DNA of 64,000 nt from assembly GCA_040954595.2 (NCBI GenBank), contig CM082582.2, positions 1,906,303 to 1,970,302 on the forward strand, in the 5' to 3' direction. The stretch is from Balanoglossus misakiensis. Its lineage: Eukaryota > Animalia > Hemichordata. The position numbers were made by a program, and so were the translations under genes. This document shows positions 24,457 to 37,100 of the stretch, in pieces (the stretch's first letter is position 1; every line of letters starts with the position of its first letter). The notes beneath the pieces are model-generated. The model had not been told where the DNA came from. It was given only the letters and a program-made list of their open reading frames with translations, and did no database searches.

Positions 24457-27429
24457 ATGGATGCTAAAAGGAAACACTGTCCGCACTGTGATGAGGAGTT
24501 GGTGTCAAAAGTCTACAAGCGGCACCGTAGGCAGTTCTTCAATGAAATTTCCAACAGTTGGACAACGGTTGGTGATATTAAACAAGAAGAAGATGATTCA
24601 CTTGATGTTGGTGATATTTTATGTGATATCACCAACAATGGTGACCACAACATCTTTGACTGTCATAGCGTGGACCCTGGGATGGAAGAGAACCCAGAAA
24701 GGCCAACTCAAGAAGAGAACATCAATGCTTTCTTGGAAACCTTAGAAGATGAAGATCAAGCATATTTCTGTGAGCCTAGTGAGGAAGAGGAGAGGGATTC
24801 CTTGAGCAATCAAAGTAGTTTTGAGATTTGGGACACTGTTCAGGACAATGAACTGAATGAAGATTTTGTAGAACAATTGAACTCATCAAATCTCTTTACT
24901 GATGTTTTAGAAGATGAGTCACATGACCCACGGCTTTTGACACTTGCCAATTGGTTCTGTCTGTTTTTATCTTATCTATGGTATTTCCACAATTTGACAG
25001 AGACATGCATGTTATTGATACTTGGTTTTTTCAGAATGATGTTCTGTTTTCTTGGGCAAATATTCCCTTGCATGGCTGCCTTTTCTGTTCTTTTGCCAGT
25101 GAGTCTATACAAACTGAAAAAAAGAATGGGGTTAAATGAAGACAAATTCATAAAATTTGTTGTTTGTCAAAAATGCAGTTCGGTTTACAAGTTTGATGAT
25201 TGTTATAAAAAAGTTGGAAGTCAAAACATACCTGTTAAGTGCAAATTTCAAGAATTTCCTGCGCATAAACAGAAAAAGTTTAGGCAGCCATGTGGAGCAC
25301 CTCTACTGAAAGAGGTAGAAATCCAAGGAAATAAGAAACGTTTGTACCCATTTAAAGTTTACTGTTTCAAATCTGTCCTGCAATCATTGTCAGACCTTGT
25401 CAAACGGAATGGTTTTGTTGAAAAATGTGAATTGTGGCGAAATCGCAAACCATCCCCTGGTGTTTTGGCTGATGTTTATGATGGGAGAATTTGGAAGGAG
25501 TTTCAAAGTGTAGAGGGCCGACCATTCTTAAGTGCTCCCAAAAATTATGCACTGCAATTGAATTTAGATTGGTTTTGTCCATTCAAACATCTCCCATACA
25601 GTGTTGGAGCATTGTATTTGATTATTCTTAATCTGCCACGAGCAGAAAGGTACAAGAAAGAAAATGTGATTCTTGTTGGGTTATTACCTGGTCCACGGGA
25701 ACCTACATTGAATATTAACTCATTCCTTGAACCTTTGATTGAAGAACTAAAATTGCTGTGGCATGAAGGATTATCATGTTCTATAATAGAGTCTGGAAAA
25801 CAGATGGTATGCAAAGTTCATGCTGCCTTGATTAATGTTGTATCAGATGTTCCCGCAACAAGAAAATTGTGTGGTTTTGTTGGGCATATGGCCAAAAAGG
25901 GGTGCTCTAAATGTGAGAAGGAGTTTATCACTGGAAGCTTTGGGGATAAAATTAACTGTGGTGGTTTTAAACCAGCAAATAACAGACACAATGCACGTCA
26001 TCGTAAACAAGCAGAAGAGACTGAACAACAAATGTCGAAAAAAGATAGGGATTCACTTGTGTCAAGGTATGGTGTACGGTATACATCATTAATGAAACTA
26101 AGCTACTTTGACTGTGTAAAATTTCATGTGATTGACCCCCTTCACAATTTGTTTCTGGGAACTGGCAAGTACATAATGAAAAATGTATGGCTAAACAAGG
26201 ACAAACCGAAGATAACAAAGTCTCAACTTGAAATCATCCAACAAAAGATTGACAGCACCAAAGTTCCTTCAGATATGGGAAGAATGCCTTTAAAAATTGC
26301 GTCAAATTTTGGTGGGTTTACTGCTGATCAATGGAAACACTGGATCACTCTTTTTTCAGTATTTTCTCTGAAAGGCATTTTATCTACAAAAGAGATGGAG
26401 ATGTGGCGCTTTTTTGTCATGGCTTGTCGACTTCTGTGTGCTCCTGTGATAACTTTAAGCAATGTTGCGAAAGGCCATTCTTACTTAATGCAGTTCTGTC
26501 GCCAATTTGAAAAGATATATGGCTCAGAAAAAGTGACACCAAATATGCACTACCACACCCATTTAGTTGATTGCATTTTAGATTATGGACCAGTTTATTC
26601 TTTCTGGACCTTTCCATATGAACGTTATAATGGAATACTTTCCGATTATTGTGCTAATCATAGATCTATTGAGATACAAATTATGCGGAAATTTCTGAAT
26701 GAACAGTGTTTACATAATATGCTGAAACCAGCAGATTACCAGGATTTCAACTCGTATTTTCCACAATCTTGTCAGGAAAGTCAATTTCATACTCAAAGAG
26801 ATATTGACAATGAAGATACAGTGATGTTACTAGGTAAGATGTCAATGGGACACACTGATTTTAATGTGTCAAATGCACTGAAAACAATGCATTTATTCAA
26901 CATGGTTGGACCTATTTGTATGGACTTCCTGGAACAATCATGGGTCAACAATCTTAGAGAGATGTATAGGGTAGTGCTTGGAGAAACTGTCCTGGAAACT
27001 GTGAGTGGTTATATAAAGCGATTTGTAGCAGTTAAAGTAGCCAATGATGTATTAGGTTCTGAAGACACACGTTACAGGAGATATTCACTTGTTTTAGCAC
27101 GGTGGTGTGCAGTGGGTGGCAGAATTGATTTTAACAATGGCCCACTTAGACCAGGCATTGTTGAGTACTACTTTTCACAGTGTATAACTGTCGATGGTAA
27201 ATCAGAAGTGTTTATTTCAGCAAAGGTACGATGGTTTCAGCAACACCACAAAAGAGATTACTATGGTGAACCAGTGGAGGTTTGGTGCAGGAGTGCCTAT
27301 GAAATGTCTGGCCCTGCATCTTTTATTCCAGTCCATAAGATTCATAGTAAATTCATAGCAGGTTTTGATACAATAAACAGGGAGAAAGTGATGTGTGTCA
27401 TTCCACATCCAGTAAAGCTCTACATGTAG
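24457..27429 (+). CDS. CACTA/EnSpm tnp2-family (Transposase_21-like) DDE transposase, about 990 aa, single coding exon
   Basis: Motifs DVYDGRIW, LNLDWFCPF, YSVGALYLIILNLPRAERYKKENVILVG, SDVPATRKLCGF.GH...GCSKC, IDPLHNLFLG, TPNMHYHTHL and YGPVYSFWTFPYERYNG. The ATG at 24457 follows a splice-acceptor-like tttttctcttgtatag. No stops. Confidence 0.93.
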   Translation: MDAKRKHCPHCDEELVSKVYKRHRRQFFNEISNSWTTVGDIKQEEDDSLDVGDILCDITNNGDHNIFDCHSVDPGMEENPERPTQEENINAFLETLEDEDQAYFCEPSEEEERDSLSNQSSFEIWDTVQDNELNEDFVEQLNSSNLFTDVLEDESHDPRLLTLANWFCLFLSYLWYFHNLTETCMLLILGFFRMMFCFLGQIFPCMAAFSVLLPVSLYKLKKRMGLNEDKFIKFVVCQKCSSVYKFDDCYKKVGSQNIPVKCKFQEFPAHKQKKFRQPCGAPLLKEVEIQGNKKRLYPFKVYCFKSVLQSLSDLVKRNGFVEKCELWRNRKPSPGVLADVYDGRIWKEFQSVEGRPFLSAPKNYALQLNLDWFCPFKHLPYSVGALYLIILNLPRAERYKKENVILVGLLPGPREPTLNINSFLEPLIEELKLLWHEGLSCSIIESGKQMVCKVHAALINVVSDVPATRKLCGFVGHMAKKGCSKCEKEFITGSFGDKINCGGFKPANNRHNARHRKQAEETEQQMSKKDRDSLVSRYGVRYTSLMKLSYFDCVKFHVIDPLHNLFLGTGKYIMKNVWLNKDKPKITKSQLEIIQQKIDSTKVPSDMGRMPLKIASNFGGFTADQWKHWITLFSVFSLKGILSTKEMEMWRFFVMACRLLCAPVITLSNVAKGHSYLMQFCRQFEKIYGSEKVTPNMHYHTHLVDCILDYGPVYSFWTFPYERYNGILSDYCANHRSIEIQIMRKFLNEQCLHNMLKPADYQDFNSYFPQSCQESQFHTQRDIDNEDTVMLLGKMSMGHTDFNVSNALKTMHLFNMVGPICMDFLEQSWVNNLREMYRVVLGETVLETVSGYIKRFVAVKVANDVLGSEDTRYRRYSLVLARWCAVGGRIDFNNGPLRPGIVEYYFSQCITVDGKSEVFISAKVRWFQQHHKRDYYGEPVEVWCRSAYEMSGPASFIPVHKIHSKFIAGFDTINREKVMCVIPHPVKLYM

Positions 27430-28665
27430 AAACAATGAAATGAGTAACCTTTGCAGTGTTTTTCTGCAGTCAAATTAAACATGTATAGAGGTGATTTTAC
27501 TCAAATGTGTAAATTAATTGTAAAGAAAGTAAAAGCAATTTGCCATGTAAATTCTTGTCTTTTCCGTTTGAAATAAATGGTTATCTAATGTTATACTGAC
27601 ATTTACTTTGTTATGGTTTTCTTGTGTTTGTGTGTTCGTACATAAAGGTTAGTTGCAAATTCAGCTGATGTCTGGAAAAAATAAATTAAACAACTGGAAA
27701 AACCAACCCAATGAATGGAGATGACTTTGAATGGGGTGGGGTTGCAAGTCCATTGAGGTATGAAAAAGGGTCAAACATGGTACTCTGCATCAGCTTCTGC
27801 ACCAGGCGCATTCTTAAAAATGGGAACTTTGCGACAGGTGTTTGTGCCATGCAATATGGGGGCCATGGAGTGATCAAGATGGGGAGGGTAACGCGCAAAG
27901 CACCATGGGAGTTCCAACATAAGTAACCTTTCATTTGACTTCTGGCTAGCCTCGAGTACACACTTTTGATGTGTGTGGCCGATCACTTTCCTTGAACCTT
28001 TTCTGTAGGAAATTTTCGATTTTTGGGATACCGGGCATTTAGTTGTGCACAAATTGGTAACAAGTTCGTTCTCTGTGATAATTTTGGGGCGCTTGACGTT
28101 TTAATCGTCTATTTGGTAGCAATCGTAAATTTCGCAATGATCGATGTACTGGCCGCGGGGCTATGCGCATACGTCGACGGGGCGTTGCTGCATGATGGCC
28201 GCCGAGCGTGAAAAGCTTTACCGTAGGCCAACATACCGTTGCAGCTTTTCGATTCGTTCTATTACAGCGCAGTTTTCTTCTCAAATATGTACAGTATTTA
28301 AAAAATCCCATACCTAACCCCAAATAAACGAAAACCAAAAGACTTTTTTTATTTAACGCACAAGGAGTACAAGAAATACATGTATGTAGGCCTACTTTGT
28401 AAATACATGTACAATGTAGTAAGTTGCACTCACCACGGCCTTCACATACGGATACGATAGGGATGTGTTAGGTGCCTATGAGATAGTACAGTTTCTAAAT
28501 ACAGTGAAATCGATAAAATAAAAGTTGCGCTTTGGGGCTCCCATGCAATTTCAGGTACATTACATATTAGTCTTTCAAAATATACACATAGCAAAGATGT
28601 GCGCTCACTGTTTTAGTCTGCCTGCTATTAAACTTAAAACTACGTCGCCCGAGTACGATCGTTGG

Positions 28666-28743
28666 TAACCCTGCGTACAGGTCTGTGTGTTCCCGGCGTT
28701 GCATGGCCTGCACCGGGAACACACAGACCTATACGCAGAGCTG
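28666..28743. mobile_element. Palindromic mini-MITE, copy 3, with 9-bp TSD
   Basis: Hairpin ctgcgtacaggtctgtgtgttcccgg...ccgggaacacacagacctatacgcag, flanked by gatcgttgg at 28657-28665 and 28744-28752. Confidence 0.8.
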
Positions 28744-29471
28744 GATCGTTGGCAACCGTACGCCATGATGCCAGCTGACATACGGAGTGAAAAAACACCC
28801 CAAAAAAATCACGACTCGGAACAAAATCGATAGTACTTTCCTCATAGAAAGATGCTAAGACAGTTAACTTATAAAAATTGGATTGCTTTTTCGTTCAAAC
28901 AGAGTTTCCTTTACATAACCTACGAAACATAAGTCGATTGCGCACAGAAAGCGACACGCGTGACACTGCTAGGTTCAAACCGGAAGTAACGTCGTGACCC
29001 TAAGAGAAAGGGAGGAGTACGTTTGTAGACCACAAAATTTGTTTTATCACTCCAATTATTATTTATTTACATGAATAAGTCCACATGCTGTGGTGGACGC
29101 AAAGACAGGCACCACCGAAAAGGGTCAATGTGACCTGTTGTATGAGTCGAGGAAAGTCAAAAACGGATCATCGTGCGATTAATCGCAAAACGAGTACAAG
29201 TGTGCGACTGCTCGTTGGTGAAAATAAAATCTGCCCGAATACAAAATTCACGACTAGTAACTGCTCACCAGCTTTTCGTTGTACTACATGACAAAGTTTG
29301 ACGCAAAAATACCAGCAAGATTGAAGATAGGAAGAAAAGCAGAAATGCACATAAACAGTTCAAGACGCAATGACTGTCTCCTATCTCAGTCAATGGCTTC
29401 TTGCAGGTGACAAAAGCTTGCTGGATGGTGGAACGTTTGACACCAAATCTTTTGTCATGTCACTATTTTAC

Positions 29472-31182
29472 TGCATGTCATTTATCAATCCTTTGATAAC
29501 CTCAGTAAACAATATGGAAACTTTATTGTTTGTCACTATGATGTTTCATCAAATACGCACACCTTTATCGCCCGGGTAAACTTCAATATAAGGAGCCATT
29601 TTCACAATGGAAAACAGGACTAAATTTTCTCTACGTTTTCTTACCGTCAAAGTATTTCAAAATAACAACTTTATTTGGGTTGGAAAAGTTTTATCTGAAC
29701 TCTACTATGACGTACTAACAAAGAATGTGTAAACTACTTGCTTTTACACTGGTGTCAAACAAGAGCCTTTGTCACAATGCAAGGGGGGTGAATAATTAAG
29801 ACAAAAGAGGTACTTCATTTTCCTGTGACCCCAGGTCAAAAGCGATGAACAGTTGAGTGTATTTCTTTGTCATCATGAGGTAAAACAGGGTTAAAGTTAC
29901 AAGTTTGGGCATATCTTGTAACTGCGGGGAAACAAAGGAAATATACAGTAATACCTACACCAGGTCAAAGTTACCCCCATATATTTAACCGCACTTTACC
30001 CACCCAGGCAAAGAGAGGTAAATTAGCCAATTATTACAGAGTGGTGTTGCATGTCGTTTATCAATCCTTTGATTACCTCAGTAAACAATATGGAAACTTT
30101 ATTGTTCGTCACTATGATGTTTCATCAAATACGCACACCTTTATCGCCCGGGTAAACTTCAATATAAGGAGCCATTTTCACAATGGAAAACAGGACTGAA
30201 TTTAACTCTACGTTTTCTTACCGACTAAGTATTTCAAAATAACAACTTTATTTGGGTTGGAAAAGTTTTATCTGAACTCTACTATGACGTACTAACAAAG
30301 AATGTGTAAACTACTTGCTTTTACACTGGTGTCAAACAAGAGCCTTTGTCACAATGCAAGGGGGGTGAATAATTAAGACAAAAGAGGTACTTCATTTTCC
30401 TGTGACCCCAGGTCAAAAGCGATGAACAGTTGAGTGTATTTCTTTGTCATCATGAGGTAAAACAGGGTTAAAGTTACAAGTTTGGGCATATCTTGTAACT
30501 GCGGGGAAACAAAGGAAATATACAGTAATACCTACACCAGGTCAAAGGTACCCCCATATATTTAACCGCACTTTACCCACCCAGGCAAAGAGAGGTAAAT
30601 TAGCCAATTATTACAGAGTGATGTTGCATGTCATTTATCAATCCTTTGATAACCTCAGTAAACAATATGGAAACTTTATTGTTTGTCACTATGATGTTTC
30701 ATCAAATACGCACACCTTTATCGCCCGGGTAAACTTCAATATAAGGAGCCATTTTCACAATGGAAAACAGGACTAAATTTTCTCTACGTTTTCTTACCGT
30801 CAAAGTATTTCAAAATAACAACTTTATTTGGGTTGGAAAAGTTTTATCTGAACTCTACTATGACGTACTAACAAAGAATGTGTAAACTACTTGCTTTTAC
30901 ACTGGTGTCAAACAAGAGCCTTTGTCACAATGCAAGGGGGGTGAATAATTAAGACAAAAGAGGTACTTCATTTTCCTGTGACCCCAGGTCAAAAGCGATG
31001 AACAGTTGAGTGTATTTCTTTGTCATCATGAGGTAAAACAGGGTTAAAGTTACAAGTTTGGGCATATCTTGTAACTGCTGGGAAACAAAGGAAATATACA
31101 GTAATACATACACCTGGTCAAAGGTACCCCCATATATTTAACCGCACTTTACCCACCCTGGCAAAGGGAGGCAAATTAGCCA
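29472..31182. repeat. 576/577-bp tandem repeat, three copies, right subterminal region of the CACTA element
   Basis: tgcatgtc.tttatcaatcctttgat starts at 29472, 30048 and 30625. The copies are near-identical and the third runs directly into the right TIR. Confidence 0.95.
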
Positions 31183-34100
31183 TTTGGTATAGTGCATGTA
31201 CATGATGTGTCTATAGACATATTGTGATCAGACAAATTATTACAACTGTGGTATTCTATTTACAATGTACTGAATTCAAGTAAAGTTGTTCACATTGACT
31301 TCATAAATAATCTGTGTTCATTCTTGCATTCATGTCCATGGACGTGATGTGTCTATAGACATATTGTGACCAGACAAATTATTACAACTGTGGTATTCTG
31401 TTTACAATGTACTGACTTCAAGTAAAGTTGTTCACATTGACTTCATAAATGATCTGTGTCCAATTCTTGCATTCATGTTCATGGACGTGATGTGGCTATA
31501 GACATATTGTGATCAGACAAATTATTACAACTGTGGTATTCTGTTTACAATGTACTGACTTCAAGTAAAGTTGTTCACATTGACTTCATAAATGATCTGT
31601 GTCCATTCTTGCATTCATGTTCATGTACGTGATGTGTCTATAGACATATTGTTATCAGACAAATTATTACAACTGTGGTATTCTGTTTACAATGTACTGA
31701 CTTCAAGTAAAGTTGTTCACATTGACTTCATAAATGATCTGTGTCCATTCTTGCATTCATGTCCATGGACGTGATGTGTCTATAGACATATTGTGACCAG
31801 ACAAATTATTACAACTGTGGTATTCTGTTTACAATGTACTGACTTCAAGTAAAGTTGTTCACATTGACTTCATAAATGATCTGTGTCCAATTCTTGCATT
31901 CATGTTCATGGACGTGATGTGTCTATAGACATATTGTGATCAGACAAATTATTACAACTGTGGTATTCTGTTTACAATGTACTGACTTCAAGTAAAGTTG
32001 TTCACATTGACTTCATAAATGATCTGTATCCATTCTTGCATTCATGTTCATGTACGTGATGTGTCTATAGACATATTGTTATCAGACAAATTATTACAAC
32101 TGTGGTATTCTGTTTACAATGTACTGACTTCAAGTAAAGTTGTTCACATTGACTTCATAAATGATCTGTGTCCATTCTTGCATTCATGTCCATGTACGTG
32201 ATGTGTCTATAGACATATTGTGACCAGACAAATTATTACAACTCTGGTATTCTGTTTACAATTTACTGACTTCAAGTAAAGTTGTTCACATTGACTTCAT
32301 AAATGATCTGTGTCCATTCTTGCATTCATGTCCATGTACGTGATGTGAAAATAGATATATTGTGATCAGACAAATTATTGCAACTCTGGTATTCTGTTTA
32401 GAATGTACTGACTTCAAGTAAAGTTGTTCACATTGACTTCATAAATGATCTGTGTCCATTCTTGCATTCATGTCCATGTACGTGATGTGTCGACAGACAT
32501 ATTGTGATCAGACAAATTATTACATCTCTAATATTCTGTTTACAATGTACTGACTTCAAGTAAAGATGTTCACATTGACTTCATAAATGATCTGTGTCCA
32601 TTCTTGCATTCATGTTCATGTACGTGATGTGTCTATAGACATTTTGTGATCGGACAAATTATTGCAACTGTGGTATTCTGTTTACAATGTACTGACTTCA
32701 AGTAAAGTTGTTCACATTGACTTCATAAATGATCTGTGTCCATTCTTGCATTCATGTCCATGTACGTGATGTGTCGACAGACATATTGTGATCAGACAAA
32801 TTATTACAACTGTGGTATTCTATTTACAATGTACTGAATTCAAGTAAAGTTGTTCACATTGACTTCATAAATAATCTGTGTCCATTCTTGCATTCATGTC
32901 CATGGACGTGATGTGTCTATAGACATATTGTGACCAGACAAATTATTACAACTGTGGTATTCTGTTTACAATGTACTGACTTCAAGTAAAGTTGTTCACA
33001 TTGACTTCATAAATGATCTGTGTCCAATTCTTGCATTCATGTTCATGGACGTGATGTGTCTATAGACATATTGTGATCAGACAAATTATTACAACTGTGG
33101 TATTCTGTTTACAATATACTGACTTCAAGTAAAGTTGTTCACATTGACTTCATAAATGATCTGTGTCCATTCTTGCATTCATGTTCATGTACGTGATGTG
33201 TCTATAGACATATTGTTATCAGACAAATTATTACAACTGTGGTATTCTGTTTACAATGTACTGACTTCAAGTAAAGTTGTTCACATTGACTTCATAAATG
33301 ATCTGTGTCCATTCTTGCATTCATGTCCATGTACGTGATGTGTCTATAGACATATTGTGACCAGACAAATTATTACAACTCTGGTATTCTGTTTACAATT
33401 TACTGACTTCAAGTAAAGTTGTTCACATTGACTTCATAAATGATCTGTGTCCATTCTTGCATTCATGTCCATGTACGTGATGTGTCTATAGATATATTGT
33501 GATCAGACAAATTATTGCAACTCTGGTATTCTGTTTAGAATGTACTGACTTCAAGTAAAGTTGTTCACATTGACTTCATAAATGATCTGTGTCCATTCTT
33601 GCATTCATGTCCATGTACGTGATGTGTCGACAGACATATTGTGATCAGACAAATTATTACATCTCTAATATTCTGTTTACAATGTACTGACTTCAAGTAA
33701 AGATGTTCACATTGACTTCATAAATGATCTGTGTCCATTCTTGCATTCATGTTCATGTACGTGATGTGTCTATAGACATTTTGTGATCGGACAAATTATT
33801 GCAACTGTGGTATTCTGTTTACAATGTACTGACTTCAAGTAAAGTTGTTCACATTGACTTCATAAATGATCTGTGTCCATTCTTGCATTCATGTCCATGT
33901 ACGTGATGTGTCTATAGACATATTGTGACCAGACAAATTATTGCAACTCTGGTATTCTGTTTAGAATGTACTGACTTCAAGTAAAGTTGTTCACATTGAC
34001 TTCATAAATGATCTGTGTCCATTCATGCATTCATGTCCATGGACGTGATGTGTCTATAGACATATTGTGATCAGACAAATTATTACAACTGTGGTATTCT

Positions 34101-37100
34101 GTTTACAATGTACTGACTTCAAGTAAAGTTGTTCACATTGACTTCATAAATGATCTGTGTCCATTCTTGCATTCATGTCCATGTACGTGATGTGTCTATA
34201 GACATATTGTGATCAGACAAATTATTGCAACTCTGGTATTCTGTTTAGAATGTACTGACTTCAAGTAAAGTTGTTCACATTGACTTCATAAATGATCTGT
34301 GTCCATTATTGCATTCATGTCCACGTACGTGATGTGTCGACAGACATATTGTGATCAGACAAATTATTACATCTCTAATATTCTGTTTACAATGTACTGA
34401 CTTCAAGTAAAGATGTTCACATTGACTTCATAAATGATCTGTGTCCATTCTTGTATTCATGTTCATGTACGTGATGTGTCTATAGACATTTTGTGATCGG
34501 ACAAATTATTACAACTCTTGCATTCTGTTTACTATTTACTGACTTCAAGTAAAGTTGTTCACATTAACGTCATAAATGATCTGTGTCTATTCTTGCATTC
34601 ATGTCCATGTACATGATGTGTCCATAGACATATTGTGATCTGACAAATTATTACAACTCTGGTATTCTGTTTTCAATGTACTGAGTTGAAGTAAAGTTGT
34701 TTACATTGACTTCATAAATGATCTGTGTCCATTCTTGCATTCATGTCCATGTACATGATGTGTCTATAGACATATTGTGATCAGACAAAATATTACAACT
34801 CTGGTATTTTGTTTACAATTTACTGACTTCAAGTAAAAGTTGTTCACATTGACTTCATAAATGATCTCTGTCCATTCTTGCATTCATGTCCATGGACGTG
34901 ATGTGTCCATAGACATATTGTGACCAGACAAATTATTACAACTGTGGTATTAAGTTTACAATGTACCGACTTCAAGTAAAGTTGTTCACATTGGCTTCAT
35001 AAATGATCTGTGTCCATTCTTGCATTCATGTCCATGGACGTGAAGTGTCTATAGACATATTGTGACCAGACAAATTATTACAACTGTGGTTTTCTGTTTA
35101 CAATGTACTGATTTCAAGTAAAGTTATTCACATTGACTTCATAAATGATCTGTGTTCATTCATGCATTCATGTCCATGGACGTGATGTGTCTATAGACAT
35201 ATTGTGATCAGACAAATTATTACAACTGTAGTATTCTATTTACAATGTACTGAATTCAAGTAAAGTTGTTCACATTGACTTCATAAATGATCTGTGTCCA
35301 TTCTTGCATTCATGTCCATGTACATGATGTGTCTATAGACATATTGTGATCAGACAAATTATTACAACTGTGGTATTCTATTTACAATGTACTGAATTCA
35401 AGTAAAGTTGTTCACATTGACTTCATAAATAATCTGTGTCCATTCTTGCATTCATGTCCATGGACGTGATGTGTCTATAGACATATTGTGACCAGACAAA
35501 TTATTACAACTGTGGTATTCTGTTTACAATGTACCGACTTCAAGTAAAGTTGTTCACATTGGCTTCATAAATGATCTGTGTCCATTCTTGCATTCATGTC
35601 CATGGACGTGAAGTGTCTATAGACATATTGTGACCAGACAAATTATTACAACTGCGGTTTTCTGTTTACAAATGATGTACTGATTTCAAGTAAAGTTATT
35701 CACATTGACTTCATAAATGATCTGTGTTCATTCATGCATTCATGTCCATGGACGTGATGTGTCTATAGACATATTGTGATCAGACAAATTATTACAACTG
35801 TAGTATTCTATTTACAATGTACTGAATTCAAGTAAAGTTGTTCACATTGACTTCATAAATGATCTGTGTCCATTCTTGCATTCATGTCCATGTACATGAT
35901 GTGTCTATAGACATATTGTGATCAGACAAAGTATTACATCTCTAATATTCTGTTTACAATGTACTGACTTCAAGTAAAGATGTTCACATTGACTTCATAA
36001 ATGATCTGTGTCCATTCTTGTATTCATGTTCATGTACGTGATGTGTCTATAGACATTTTGAGATCGGACAAATTATTACAACTCTTGTATTCTGTTTACA
36101 ATTTACTGACTTCAAGTAAAGTTGTTCACATTGACTTCATAAATGATCTGTGTCCATTCTTGCATTCATGTCCATGGATGTGATGTGTCTATAGACATAT
36201 TGAGATCAGACAAATTATTACAACTCTGGTATTCTGTTTACTATGTACTGACTTGAAGTAAAGTTGTTCACATTAACGTCTTAAATGATCTGTGTCCATT
36301 CTTGCATTCATGTCCATGTACATGATGTGTCCATAGACATATTGTGATCTGACAAATTATTACAACTCTGGTATTCTGTTTTCAATGTACTGACTTGAAG
36401 TAAAGTTGTTCACATTGACTTCATAAATGATCTGTGTCCATTCTTGCATTCATGTCCATGTACATGATGTGTCTATAGACATATTGTGATCAGACAAAAT
36501 ATTACAACTCTGGTATTCTGTTTACAATTTACTGACTTCAAGTAAAAGTTGTTCACATTGATTTCATAAATGATCTCTGTCCATTCTTGCGTTCATGTCC
36601 ATGACGTGATGTGTCCATAGACATATTGTGACCAGACAAATTATTACAACTGTGGTTTTCTGTTTACAATGTACTGATTTCAAGTAAAGTTATTCACATT
36701 GACTTCATAAATGATCTGTGTTCATTCATGCATTCATGTCCATGGACGTGATGTGTCTATAGACATATTGTGATCAGACAAATTATTACAACTGTAGTAT
36801 TCTATTTACAATGTACTGAATTCAAGTAAAGTTGTTCACATTGGCTTCATAAATGATCTGTGTCCATTCTTGCATTCATGTCCATGGACGTGAAGTGTCT
36901 ATAGACATATTGTGACCAGACAAATTATTACAACTGTGGTTTTCTGTTTACAATGTACTGATTTCAAGTAAAGTTATTCACATTGACTTCATAAATGATC
37001 TGTGTTCATTCATGCATTCATGTCCATGGACGTGATGTGTCTATAGACATATTGTGATCAGACAAATTATTACAACTGTAGTATTCTATTTACAATGTAC

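Larger units (their letters stand above)
17300..31194 (+). mobile_element. CACTA/EnSpm-type DNA transposon, about 13.9 kb, apparently autonomous
   Basis: Left end CACTGTACCAAA (17300-17311); right end TTTGGTATAGTG (31183-31194), reverse complement CACTATACCAAA, 11/12 match. The subterminal motif gggtgggcaaagt near the left end is mirrored by actttacccaccc near the right end. Tandem repeats lie near both ends, a tnp2-type transposase lies inside, and both ends abut satellite. Confidence 0.88.

Noticed and set aside
27686-29579. Third gene in the CACTA element downstream of the transposase
   Set aside because: The short ORFs have no recognisable motifs and I could not build a consistent exon chain, although promoter-like motifs (CCGGAAGT at about 28980) are present.
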